Source of the DNA: Lophium mytilinum
Taxonomy: Eukaryota
Direction of reading: 5' to 3'
NCBI GenBank assembly: GCA_010093605.1
Contig: MU004192.1
Location: 938,882 to 1,002,881, forward strand
Length of the DNA: 64,000 nucleotides
Positions 48,493 through 61,534 of the stretch are shown here, piece by piece (position 1 is the first letter of the stretch; the number at the start of each line of letters is the position of its first letter). The translations under genes were made by a program, and so were the position numbers. The notes under the pieces were generated by a model. The model was not told where the DNA came from. It saw nothing but the letters and a program-made list of their open reading frames with translations, and ran no database searches.

Positions 48493-50450
48493 CTAGCCCG
48501 CAGACACAGGCACCAGCTTAATCAGCAGCTCATCGCTCGTCGGCGGCGCCGTATACGCATCGCGCTGCTCGATCCCCTCATCGTTCACAATAATAGTCGT
48601 GAAGTTCGTGTATATGGCCGCGAGGATATATTTCATCTCTGTAGTCCACTTGTCAGCACATCAAACACCTGTACCAACCCTCCACGACTCTTCAGCAAGC
48701 AGAAGCCTCCTTCCCCCTTTTCTTTCTCAATCCCAAAGAAACTGGATCCACACTCACGATGAATAGCCAAATGCTTCCCAACACACATGCGCCCCCCGCT
48801 CCCAAACGCCCAAAACCACCGATCCATCTCCCTCCTCCTCTCCGTCCCCTCCTCCATCCACCGCTCCGGCTTCCACTCCCCAGCGCGCTCAAACACACTC
48901 TCTTCTAGATGCAACAACCCCGCGCTCGCGCTCACCCGCACGCCTCCAGGCACCCACACGCCTTCGGGCCCTAACCTACACCCGCCCTCCGGCGTCACGC
49001 GCGGCTGCGGCCCCGGAATCGCGGGATGCAAGCGCAGCGTCTCCCAAACCACGGCGTGCAGCAGCGGCAGCGCATCCACGGCTTTCGCGCTCGGCAGCAC
49101 CGGCGCAGAAGCCGGCACAATCGGGGGTGATAAATCCATCAACTCGGCCCGCAGCGCGGCTTGGAGGGTTGGCCGCGATGACAGCTCGTGCACCACGTAC
49201 ACCAGCGTGATGCCGCTCGTGTCGAACCCCGCTGCGAAATGATCCAGCAGCTCTGACGCCGTTGTTAGCTGCGCTGTGCGGTCCACCACCGCCTCTCCTT
49301 CTTTAGAACTGGGAGCCGGCGCGACGGCCGCGTACATGGTCGCGTACACGGTCGGCGTGTGCTCAACACCCCCTTTCTCGGTGTCGGTTGTGGCGGTGGC
49401 GGCAGCGTCGCACATCCCCAGCGCCCACGCCTCAATCGCCGCGTTCGCGTCGTCGACGAAGGCAGGCGCGAGCCGGATCCCGAAGAGCCGCTGCGCCCAC
49501 GTGCTGAGGGCGGGGTGCTCCTGGCCCCAGAAGCTGAAGCCCTGGCGCGAGGTGTACCAGCGCAGGAAGCGGTCGCGCGCGGGGGTGTCGATGAGGAAGG
49601 TGGAAGAGCTGCGCAGGCCGAAGAGGTAGGCGGTGACGATGTCCATGGTGGCGGCGCTGAGGAGGGCGGAGATGTTGAGCTGGCCGCCGGCTGATTGGGT
49701 GGCGGAGAGGGCGGGGAGCAGGCGGGTGTAAAGAATGGTGGCGGTTTGGGCGGCGAGGGCGGGCGAGGCGGCGAGGGTGGTTTTGCTGTAGGTGCTGCTG
49801 ATGAGGCGTTTGCGGGTGGAGTGGGGTTTGGAGGCGGAGGTGGAGAACATGTTTGGGATGCTGGCGTGAGGGGGGAGGTTAGTTGTGGGTTTGGGTGGGA
49901 GAGATGGGGATGTCGTTTGAGGGTAGCTTAGAAACAAAAGGTTGGAGAATGATGAAGATAGAAATTTTAAAGCATAGACTATAGTGCACCTAATGAAAGA
50001 ACCAACCCCAATGAGAACTGCAGATATAACGTCGCCTGACAAGCCAAAAATTGATCAAATTCCACAGTAACCTTGACATAAACATATCCACGAAACATCA
50101 TCGAAGCGCACTCACCCGAAATTCTGGAAAAAGTTATAAAACCCCGCCTCCCCCGGCGGTTTCTCCATCCCGCCCGCATACACCTCTCTCAAACCCCCCT
50201 GAACACAGTTCACACTGACCTCATTAGGCCCTAGTTGAACGATCGGCCCGAACCGTCTGTGCGCACCCCAGATAGCCGCGTTCTCGTGGCTGCGGTACCG
50301 TTGGAGGTTTATCCATAGTGAGGAGAAGCGAGCGGTCCAGTGGGCGGCGGGCAGACGGCCGAGAGGGGAGGCGAAGAAGACGGCGAAGAAAACCGTAAAG
50401 AGGAGGTAGCAAATAGAGAGCACGAGGAGGATATGTATAAAGAGGGACAT
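48493..50450 (-). CDS. cytochrome P450, 2 introns (first ~250 nt)
   Basis: N-terminal anchor, GPIVQLGPNEVSVN, I-helix AAGFDTS, ETLR, WKPERW and heme motif FGSGGRMCVG. Last exon EMKYILAAIYTNFTT. Confidence 0.93.
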
Positions 50451-51181
50451 TTTTGTGGCGGCGAGCACTATATTGGGATGTGCAGTTAAGCCAGAAGGGA
50501 ATGTCGCCAGTGGTGATCTAGCAACAAAGAACCCCGCCGTGATTAATAGTGGCTCCTCCAAGTTCTGCTTTGAAGGTCTCCACGGAGTCTGAGTAATTGT
50601 TAGGTATGCTAGAGAGCAAGGTGATGGTAGGGACGGAGGAAATGTGTACCAGTGTGCGAACAGGACAAACGTGACGTCGACTGGATCGTGATAAGCTCGC
50701 ATTAGCTTCAACGGGCGCTCTAACGACCATTCGCGTCGACTTACCCCTTATATGCAAGCGAGTACAGCATAAGGCAGTAATTCGGCGCCTTTAATTGGCT
50801 GTGCATCCTCACTCATCCTTCGAGCCTAGAAAAATACCAACAGGTTAAAGCACGTAGGTTACTTTCTTGACAGTTTATTTACGAACTGCTACCGATCCAA
50901 TTAAGGGGTGGATTACCTAAGCTATGCAACGCCATGCAGATTAGAAGGTATTCGGCGCAACGCAAGCCCGCTATCCTTTTCCCACCCGCCCTATGTCCTC
51001 CAGATGAAAGAGGTGAGAAGCAGAGAAGTCTGGTTTAGACTGATATGATCAACGCCGCCAACACCCAGCACCCAAAAGCTGAACCGAGACACCATGCCTT
51101 CAACAACCCCCCAAGTATCCAGCAACGCGACCGGCCTATACCGCCGCCATCTAAGCAAAGCCCCGCGTCAAATGACTACGT

Positions 51182-54100
51182 TCACGCATCCGCCATGACC
51201 ACGTCCAGCGGCTCTTCCTCACCCTCTGCGTCGAGATCCTCGTCAATCTCCATCTCGATGACTTTTCCTCTTCCTCTAGTCGTTCGGGGACTCGTGCTCG
51301 GGACACTGGTACCGTTGACTCGGACTTCGCCTCCTTCGTCTTCGGGTGTCTCCCCTAGACCTAGGCTAAGCTCGAACCCGAGCCCATTGACGGATTCATG
51401 AAGCTTACTACGGGTCCTCCTCACCGTCGTAGACGGCGTGGAGACCCCGTTGCTTATGCCATTGAGCAGCGGCGAAGCCTTCCCCATGGCCTTGCCAGTG
51501 CCATTGCGTGATGGAGAGATCTGTGTGGAACTTCCAAGCGGCATAGGGAGTGGGGTGACATTGACGCTACTGCGCTTAGCTGGTGTGCTGGGGCGACGGC
51601 GAGCTCCAAAGGGACGGCCAGCCCGACGCTTTGGGGCTGGCATACCCGGAGGGGGAGGGTAGACCTCGAAGCGGGTGGGCGGGATGCGAGATGCGGCGAG
51701 TACTGTAGGGGGTGTAGCAGCATTGCCATTGCCGTTTGTGAGGGGTGTGCCGGGTGCTGAAACGGCGATGGAGTCTAGGAACGGGGTCATGGGGTCACCC
51801 TCGTCGGCTTCGTTGTCTTGTGAGCCTGTATTAGACATAGGACGAGAAGTTCCCCCAGCTGAGCCGTTTACCAGCTTCGCCATGGCCATCTGAACGCCCA
51901 TTTCTGGAACGGCATCGTCATCTTCCTGCTCCTCGTCGCGTGGCTGCACTGTGTGAATGGCAGGGCCGTCTTCGTATTGAGAAATGTTATTGTGGCTCAT
52001 GACGTATGGGGTCCACACAAGAGAATCTTCTTTGACTCGTGGGTGATTGCGCGCGTTAGCCTTTTCAACATGCTGTTTGAAGAAGGCATAGTCGAGCCTG
52101 AGGGCGTATGTCTTGGTGATAGGGTCCCGTACTAGGGCGCGGAGACCTTCAAGCGCAGATATGATATCGTCTGGCGTCATGCCAGTACGCTTGGAGATTG
52201 TCGTAATGCTGATGGGGTAACGTTGGTCCTGCAATTCATTACATAGGACGAGACGCCAGTAGTTGCGGTAGGTGACAAGGCCCATGTCACTGAGAGGCTT
52301 CTCCGGACTGCCCGTTTTCTCCTCTTTGCGAGTGAGCAGGTACGAGAACTCGATTAGAAACTGGCCGTATCCTTTGCGCTGGTGGATGGGGAGCACCAGG
52401 ATGCAGGACACATTGTTTTGAGAGCTCGGGCGTTTTTCCTTGGAGAAATAGCCTACGAAGTGACAGCCAAAGTCGTTGTTCTCCGTCATGACATAGAAGA
52501 GGAACGGTTCCACATCGTAGTAGAGCGTCTTGGACCCAAGAAAGAGCTTCGCAAGCAGGCAGAGGTTCTGACAGTAAACTGGATTCTTGCGACCGTCGAC
52601 TTCGAAGAAGCTGAACTGTTTATCGCGATATATCTCATCGCCTGGTGGGTGCTTGGACGGGCATTTCAACTGAAAGACGTTAGCTTTGCCGTAGCTTACG
52701 AACAAGGGAATAACGAACCTTGTGTCGCCATGCCACGTAATCTGAGTTCATGTACTTAAGACAAAACTCGCAAATATAGAGCACCCTGTTCTTGCTGTAT
52801 TCTTCGGGGTATGGCGCTGCATGCCATGTGTCAATCTCCCAGCCACCAAAGCTAATGCATTTGATCTTGCTTGGAGGCCCCGATACCTTATGGGCCCGAC
52901 TGGAAGCTTCCGGGATACCATAGAGAGCAACTTGTTTCTGCTTCCATTCTTCTTCGGCCTTCTGTCGAGCTTCCTCAAACCTCTTTCTATCAGATGGCCC
53001 GGGGTACGTCTTGGATGTGTCTGCATCCGCTTCAGAGAGAATGCCACCGTACGGTTTGTTCTTCGTCTCATCCACGTCCTTCTCAGCGAGTGCATAGAAC
53101 GGCGCGGCAAAATGGCTTTGTATGGCAGGATAGTGAGATACTTCTGGCTCTTCGGCAGCGACCGGTTGCGTTTTCCGTGATCGATCACGGATACGTTTCT
53201 TCTTGGGTTTGGTTGATAAAATCTTCTGGAGGCGTTCGTTATCCAGATGGAACGCGACAATCAAACTGAGACCGGGAGAGTCCAAAATCCATGCCAACTG
53301 CTTCTTCTCTACTTTCGATCTTGAACTACGAGCCCGCGATGACCGCTTCGGCGATGTCTCCTCGGCCCCTGTGTGATGGCCATCGTCAGTCTCAATAGCC
53401 TCAGACACTGCAATTCTCACAGCGCGAGGGGATGATGCGGCTAGAGAAACGTCAGGGGCTTCGTCATTGGAGGCTTCTTCTGACGGCCTGCGCTTCTTCC
53501 GCAATGGCCGAACAGGTGGTGGTTCTTCGTCGTTCGATGCCTTGCGTTTTCGTAGGGACCTTGACCCATCCATAGGATCGTCCGGCAATATTAGATCGTT
53601 AAACACGGAGTGTTGTCCTGGCTTGTCCACACCGCGGTGTGCAGGCAGGAGATCTCGTGCAAGTTTGGGCACTGATGATAACCTACGACGGGTGGTGGGC
53701 TCCGCGCTATGTTTGGTATCTTCTTCAAGCCCATTTTCTACACAGGTGTGGCATCGCCAGTGCTCTGCGTCTATATACGCGTTAGTAAGACTGTTTGATT
53801 GCTGGGCGAAGTAACAAAGCCTTACCATCATCGGCCCTAAGGGTATTAGCGGTTCGGGCGCATTGCCGATGTGCTGCAGGAACCAAAATCATGTCAGCTA
53901 CCCGATCCGTCAAACAGCCTTGCCGGCAAAAATACGCACCGTTATCCCCACACACGGCACACGCAAGGTACTCTTCAAACTCTTCGCTTGGGTCGTGCTC
54001 TTCGTCGTCTCCACAAAATCTACCAGCAATTAGCCTTTTAATGCACCACAACCAGCAAATGCACTTACACGCAGCGATTGGGATCGGCGATTTCGGCTTC

Positions 54101-54496
54101 GACTTCTTCGGCCGCATCGCTCTCTGCCTCCCACTCATTTTCCGCTTCGGATTCTGAGCTTGCATCGGAGCCCTCGCTGTCGCTAGGCTTGGCATCGGAT
54201 TCAGATCCCATGTCCACTTCAGCGTCATTGTCCTCCTCGTCCCCGTCTTCGTCTTCGGAAGCCTCATCGTCTGCAGAGATCTTGACAGCCCCAACTGGAT
54301 CCCCAGCTTCCTCATCATCTTCACCCTCGGCATCCTCGTCCGAGCCCTCTGCGTCTGTAGAGCCACCACCTGGTGTTGTTTCATGTGCTTCCGCATCCAT
54401 GTCGACATCGTCCTCCTCGTGCTCGCCGTCTAGGTCGCTGTCCTCGGGGTCGTTGGGGTTCGTCCCTTGCCCCAAGAGGCGGCTCGGCTCAGCCAT
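51182..54496 (-). CDS. SAS3: MYST histone acetyltransferase of the Sas3/Mst2 type with N-terminal acidic tract and PHD finger, 4 introns
   Basis: PHD split over exons (RCV|FC...CAVCGDN|AHRQC...|WRCHTC). MYST motifs [62 protein letters not shown] and [11 protein letters not shown]. Confidence 0.92.
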
Positions 54497-55094
54497 GGCA
54501 TATGTGACGGCGTTCGCCAATTTAGAGAAGTACTCCAGGGTAGCGTTGTTTGATCCGTCTAGAGTGATTTACATTGAAGGCGCGACCAACTGGCACCTCG
54601 GTGGTGCTGTCATGCAGTAAGGCCAGGCTGTTGACTCGTCGCGTCGAGGAGGCAGTCGCAACGCGCCGCAGGGCCCTATCGCGCACCGGAATTCGCGCTG
54701 GAGGGTTCGAAAATGGATGGAGGCCCCTTCTGGGAGTGTGTAACTGATGAGAAGCTGCTGCAGTCGCGCTGTCAGTATCTGTGAAGCCGAAGACGAGGCC
54801 GTGCGCACGGTTCTGCGCGAAACTGGGGCAGAAAGGGGGCACTTCCGCCATTCAACTTACAGTGCGGGGCTCAGTGACAAGTAGACAGGTGGTTCATGGT
54901 CCTGGTGATAGCTGAGCGATGAGGAGTGGCTGCTCCCCTTGAAAGTAGTGGTGGTCGCGGGTGCGCCAAGACTGCAGGTGCTCCCGCTCCGCTTCCAAAC
55001 TTGCGCCCTCAAGTGACCTCAACGACGAGCAGCTCCTCACGCCCACTCCAATCCATTGCCTACACCACATACGCTCGGTGGACCTCTCGCAAAC

Positions 55095-55562
55095 ATGGGG
55101 GTTCCTTTTGAAGCTTTCCTTCCCTATGGGATCATGCTCGGCGTACGCTGCCCCACCCGTCGTCTTCCGGAAGAGAAGCTAGAAGCTCACGCAAACGCAG
55201 ATGTTCGCCGTCTCTGGAGTCGGTCTGGCGCAGCTCAGGTACATGCAGAACGGCAGCAAGAGGAGCAGACGCGGACTCGATGCATGGGACAGGGTGAGTG
55301 ATGGAATGCCTCGAATCGCAGCATCTGCTAACAGACCTCCAGCAAAGTATGACACCACCTCCGGCGCCCCGAGACCAACAAGCTAAGCTGCGCAGTGATG
55401 GACCGCGACCGACGATTGACTGGATTCGCGAGAGGACAAACCGACAAGGCCGTTGCGCCGGTGGGGTTCGAGCTGAACAATCCCTGGACGGTATGTTGAA
55501 TGTTGAGATCATTAATAGGGCCGGACTAATTGTCGGGATAGATGGAGAAGCGTTTCTACTAG
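55095..55562 (+). CDS. NDUFA1: mitochondrial complex I subunit NDUFA1/MWFE (NIMM); exons 55095-55142, 55201-55293, 55343-55346, 55396-55490, 55542-55562
   Basis: Spliced product MGVPFEAFLPYGIMLG|MFAVSGVGLAQLRYMQNGSKRSRRGLDAWDR|QM|MDRDRRLTGFARGQTDKAVAPVGFELNNPWT|MEKRFY*. All four introns are GT..branch..AG. Confidence 0.9.
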
Positions 55563-56001
55563 ATCAGGTTGGAGCAATGAATATACCAAGTTCTCAAATA
55601 CATATTCGTGCCGTTTGCTAGGCACCAACGTTGAAGACGCAGCCCATCATAAGGTCGGCTCTAGAAAGCAACACATATGCGCCCATGTCAAATCACTGCA
55701 ATGCCTCGTTACATTTCCTCATTTACTATCCTACCACTGCTTGCGGTGTGTCAATATGTGTTTGACTGCTCAAAGCAGACTGAAGTATTTCATTTGTATA
55801 GCCAATGAACTCTTGGACTATCTCAAGCAGTCACGAGTACCTCGGGTGTAGGTATACCGACTCCGTATTGTCCCAAGGTTCCAGATCGCTATCAATACAT
55901 CTGGAGTCCCCCGGGCAGTGGCGAGAGGTGATTACAAGCAGAAGAGGAACCACACTACCAGCAGACCATCACGAGACAGGCTTTCTTTGCGACTACACAG
56001 A

Positions 56002-56998
56002 TCAGAAATCCATCGAACTCCTAATCTCAGTCACCCGCGCTCGAATGCCATTCTGCTCTGCCGGACTCAGCTTGATCCTAAACACGTCCTCCAATGCCTT
56101 GAGACGGTCTGCCTCTGTCTCAAACTTTTGTTCGCGTTCGTTCTTCCCTAGCATTCTCCACTTCAGGCTATCTCTATGGAGTATCACTACACCAACGATT
56201 TCCTTGTCATCGTCGCCACCAAGCACGTGTTTAGCACATATGATCATATGCGTGAACATGGACTCAGTGCTAGTGCTGGTGAAGTGATTCATGACTGCGT
56301 AATCGCATGGCAGGAATTCCAGCTCGGTGAAGCAATAGACCTCCCCGAAATCAACGCCATCATTAATTCGGTGCTCGTATATCCACAGTCGCTGGTCCGG
56401 ATCGGTGTTGTCTTCAATGTTTCTCCAAGAGAGTCGAATTGAGCCCGGAGCTATGTGTGGGTATTCTAGTCCTGATCGATCTAATTTGAGAGGACATAGG
56501 GCGCCATTTGGGCCAAACCCTACATCCACCATATATTTATCTTGCCCGACTGAGACGATGTTGATCATGTGGCCCCTTACTGATAGTAAGCAAAGGTAAA
56601 ATTAGTACTAAGCCTTGAGCGCCTTACCAGCCAGTGTAACCATGTCCCTCATTCACACGCGCACCCGCAGAGTAGAGCTTGAAACCGAGGGACTTTAGCA
56701 GTGTTCCAAAAAGGCGATTATTTTCCATGCAATATCCACCCCGCCCATCGCTCTCCACAATCTTATTGAAGAGTTCATCGGCGTGGATAGAGACATGTCG
56801 ATGGGGAGAATAGTGGACGCTGAGATTCTCAAAAGGGACTGCAGACAGATGATACTTTTGGAGAACGCCCAAGAATGCGAGTGCATCTGTATTGCTGTCT
56901 TTCGAAACATCAAATTTTTGATACTTCGAGGGGAGCCGTATTCGAGCAAAGTACTTTTCAATCTGGTCCCTAGAGAAGGTGCGGATTTGGACCGGCAT
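56002..56998 (-). CDS. arylamine N-acetyltransferase, 1 intron
   Basis: VPFENL, GRGGYCMENN (Cys), GHMINIV (His) and MVDVGFG (Asp) form the catalytic triad. Confidence 0.93.
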
Positions 56999-57633
56999 GA
57001 TTTCCGGATGGAAAGTATGGCAGTCTTTTCTTGTTGTAGAAGCAGGTGGAGCAGCAGGACGATGATAATTTGGCTGAAATGAAGATACAAAAACAACGAA
57101 ACAAAGGAAGAGAGTTAGAAAAGACGCAAAAGTAGTAACCAAGGCCGATGAAGGGAAGGCTCAGCGCTCTAAAAACTCAATACAGGTCTTTCTATATGCA
57201 GGTGACGTGCATGAAGAGGGTCAAAAGAAGGGACGCTGAAAGGACTCCGAAGTACCTCTCACGTGCCTCTTTAGCGCGGGGCAATATTGGAGCCACGTGA
57301 TTGGCGCATTCTACAGTGCCCCTGCCAAGTACTAGCACGTTCTCCAGAGATCGGTCCCTGGCTGAGATGCCAGCCCCCCTGACCCCAAAAGACCTTGGAC
57401 CAAAGCGACTCGTCCTCTTTTTCGTACTCGACATACCTGCACCCCCCAGACCTCCCCTTTGGTCTTCACAATTTTCATACATCATGCGTCGCGCGCGGTG
57501 AACCTACTCTGTTGCCGCGCCTGCAGCTGTCTTTTACGCTCTGCATTCTTTGACCTCGATCACAGCGCTAAACCGCGATTCTGGCACCATTCCACCCAGG
57601 ACCCGGGTTCCGACATCTACACAACCGTGGAAG

Positions 57634-60467
57634 ATGCAGAACAACGGCCTGCGCAACCCCTATGCGCCGAATGGAGACGGCCTGAGTCCCCAGCCGTCCT
57701 ACGACTACCCGTCGCCGAGCTCCAACTACCCGTCGTACATGGGCGGCACCAATCCCGCCTACGAAGACTCTGCCTACCAAGGGACGCCGCGCTATGCCAG
57801 CAACACCTTTGTTCCTCCGCCAGACGTGTTCCTCGAGGGACAGAGGAAGCCGATAACCAGCAACATGCCGGACAGCACGCGCGGGAGCCAGGAGCGCAGC
57901 TCGACAATCTTGAAACGGGACCCCGTGGCTATGCACCTTCTGGTTGAGACGGCTATAATTGACAGCCAAGGCTTCGAGATACTATCCTTCGAGGAGGTCG
58001 AGGCTTTGAAGAGGGAACAACAGACAATCAATGCACGCATCGATGCTGTTCAGCGCAAACTTGCCCTCGAATCCAAGGTGCGCGATGCCGCGCAGTCTCT
58101 CAACCGCCTATACTCGAAGAAGGGAAGAGATCAGGAGCGGGAAGCGGTTAAAAGCCACAGGAGAAGCTTTGGCAGTCGGAGCAGCATAGGCAGTGGGAAC
58201 AGCGAAACTCTTGCGAAATCGGAAGACGAGTTTGCAGCCAGCTTGAAGAAGTGCGACGATCTAGGCCGTGAGCTACATCAACTGGAAACACGAGCACGAC
58301 AAGTCGAGACGCAGCTACTGCAGCACACCGCAGGAATCCTGCAAATTACCCACAAAGGGCCCTCAAAGCGGAGCCAAGACCGAAACTCCGCCCTTCCTGG
58401 CGGTGAAGATGGTCGACCGGATAGCCCGGCAAGCATCTACACTTACGAGAATGGAAGGAGTAATCGTGCCAAAGATGATGGCAATTTTGATGAGAGGAGT
58501 CTGTACAGATCGCCAGAGAATCTGGACGGACTTATGCATGCGCTGAAGAACGGCACCCACCATATGCCTGCAGCAGACCACGATGCTATTGAACGGCAGA
58601 ATCAAGCTTTAAACTCGGTAGAGAAGCGATTGGAAGACTTCAATGATAGGTTGAGGGATCTGATTGTTTCGGCAAACCCTGAGCGCAACCAAGGTTACTC
58701 GCCGGCTCCAAGGGCGGCGCCAAACAGCCGGGACAGCCAAAGAGCTTCGATAGTCGAGCAACACTTGGACTTTCTAGATCAAGCGCTGCGTGATATTGGC
58801 GCGGAGCATAACCAATTGCAGCGAAACACCAGGCACTCCCAGAATGCAACTGAAGGCCGACTCGAGGGCATCAACAACCAACTTTACGCTCTGATCAGCT
58901 CAGCCCAGGCAGAGAATGATGCGAGCTATCCACCACCTCCTGAAACATCAGGGCACAGCTCACAGGACCAGATCAACTACATGGAGGAGGCATTCTACAA
59001 CATTGAGCAACTGCATTACAACATGACCGAAGACTTGAACGAATTCCGCTCAAAGTCGACCGATCAGTACTCGCAGTCCTCCCAATACGAAGCTACCTTA
59101 ACCGGCTTGTGGTCTATCATTCTTGCCGGCGAAGAAGAGGCTCGGCAAAAGAAATACCAGCGCCGCCAAATGCTAGCAGCGAACCACGACGCAGAAGACG
59201 ATGTATCTCCAGACGAAGAAGGAAATGCCAACGAGGAATTCTCGCTAACCGCATTTTCTAACAAGGTCCAATGGCTTTACAGTCGTGCTACTACGCTTAA
59301 GGAGAAAGAGGCTATCCTCCGTCGACAGATCAAGCAACAGCGAGAGCTCAACAGCAAATCGGATGAGCAGAAAGAGCACGACTTTGCCCGTCTCCATGAT
59401 GAAATCAATCAAGCCCGCGCCCAACAAGCCAAAGCTGAGAGTGAGCTTGGCCGTGCCATTGATCATCTAGAGCATATAAACAGCCAAGAATCACACCGCA
59501 ACGCTGCAGACTCCGAAGCTCTTGTTGCCGAACAAGCCGCGCGGCGACAAGCAGAGGATCGCTACCACGAGCTTGAGTCTCACATTGGCGAACTCCAAGA
59601 TGATGCTCGGATTGAGGCTGCTGAGTTGCGTGCTGAGCTCGCTGAAGCATCGGCTTCAGTCGAGGCGCTCAGTGCATCACTACGCACTGCTACAAGCGAG
59701 AAGGAGGCAGCCGAGTCGCATGCCAACGAGGCCGCAAATGCTGTCGCCAGCAAGGAACAAGAGCTGAGAGAGCTAGAGGGCGAAGTCATCCGACTCCAAA
59801 CCGAAGTCACCATCGCTCGCGCAGAACTAGACGGAGCTTATGGCACTCGTGCGCAACGGGCCGCCGAAGTCGCCGCGAATCCCACGATCAAGAAAGAGCT
59901 GGATGAGCTAGGCGCCAACAATGCCGCTCTTATCGCAGAGCTGGAGTCTCTCCGACGTGCTCACGACGCCGCGGCGCAAAGCGAAAACGAGGCTCGGGAA
60001 ACAGAGCGCAACTTGAAGCAGGAGCTGGGCGCCATGGCTTCCGAGTACGAGGCGCTCACTAAAGACATGATCCAAAACGAAAAGGACCGTGATAGGTTCG
60101 AGGCCATGATCGACTCCCTCAGAGACGAGAAGGAGAGCTTAGAAATGGAGCTCAGCGACGAGCGGGTGCGCTGGATAGGCGTCCGGAGTCCAGGTGCGCC
60201 GATGGCCCAGCCAGGCGCAGCGCCTGAGGCGACGAGCATCAGGATGCTACGGGAGGACTTTAGGAAGATGATGAGGGAGCGGACAGCTGAGGGCTTGAAG
60301 GCTTTGAGGGTACGTCCATCTCCCCGTATTAATTTCCTATTTATCATGCTAACATAGCCAAACAGGCCGAGCAAGAAGAACGCCGCAAACTAGAAGCGCT
60401 CGTCCGCACACTGCGCAGAGAACAAGCACCGCAGAAGTCGAGCTTAAGCAAGACCATGACCGCGTAA
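57634..60467 (+). CDS. Uds1 (up-regulated during septation) domain coiled-coil protein; intron ~60310-60365
   Basis: DPVAMHLLVETAIIDSQGFEILSFEEVEALKRE...LALESKVRDAAQSLNRLY...LLQHTAGILQ, a long coiled coil, LDGAYGTRAQRAAE, and last exon AEQEERRKLEALVR. Confidence 0.85.
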
Positions 60468-61123
60468 AACCCCCGCCCTCAATCACCCACGTCGTCAAAC
60501 AACACGAGACCTACGAACCTTCGCTTCGCTACAGCCTATTTGATTTACTTTCTTAACTTTTCGCGGCTTTTTTGCACTTTGAGCGATGTCGAGTTTGTGG
60601 ATGGGAGCCCGGATGGGTTGCCAGATGGGTTGCCTGATTACTTGCCGGATTGAATTGGATTGGATGGCGGTGTGGTTTAGTGTAGTGTGCTTGTGATGTT
60701 TTGAGACACGTAAAAGGGAGCGATGGACGTTTTTGAGCGTTGAGCGTAGAGAGCGTGATTTTCCCAAAGCGCATATGTGGGTGTTAGGATGGCGTCTTGT
60801 CTGGGTGAGAATTTGCTGGTTCTTTAAGTGGGGGATGTAGAGGAGATGATGCGTTACTGGGCGGGCTTTTGGTGGGTTTCTGTATACCTAAGAATTGCAT
60901 TTAATTGTATGGCTCGTGCTTGAGTTGGTTTTGTGGCTTAAGTGTGGACAGATGGTGAAGAAGGGTCTACCAAGTGAAGAAGTGTCTATCGAGTGACAAA
61001 TGTCATTCGAGCAGAATGAAAACAGCCATCATCTCACGTTGAACTTTCTCTTATTAGTGGCACTCATGGGTAGTCTTGAACAAGTTCAAGGTCTGAGCGA
61101 CAAGACGAGATTGCGCGCCCATA

Positions 61124-61339
61124 CCGTATAGTTTCTGAATATACGGACGCCACTCTTGGCAGCGCTATCTCAAGCATAAATTTTCAGCGTATCAGGTCAA
61201 CGCCAGCGAGCTGATTTGTGGGCCACCACCCCCTGAGTTGGCCTGACACCACCGATAGGACCCACTTTCCAACGCTCTTGAGTTTAGGGGATCGGCGATC
61301 GTGCCAAGAGTGGCGTCCGTATATTCAGAAACTATACGG
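61124..61339. mobile_element. MITE family B (216 bp) with perfect 38-bp TIRs and TA target duplication
   Basis: TA|CCGTATAGTTTCTGAATATACGGACGCCACTCTTGGCA (61124-61161) and its exact reverse complement at 61302-61339|TA. No coding capacity. Confidence 0.92.
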
Positions 61340-61534
61340 TATTAGAATCAAGATGTATCGATAAACCGTTATAGATGATGTCCTCCTATTTTAGAGGGAT
61401 GCTGCCCACATGAAATCATTAATTCATTAGATTAATCCTTCCAAACACGAGACCAGGTATCGCGAGGACAAGTGAAAAGCGAAGAGTGTCTCGAAGTAAT
61501 TCCACCAAACATATTGCAACACACGTTCATCACC

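Noticed and set aside
48493..57000. P450 + NAT + distant Zn2Cys6 as a secondary-metabolite or detoxification cluster
   Set aside because: They are separated by core genes (SAS3, NDUFA1, Uds1), and there is no backbone enzyme or transporter.
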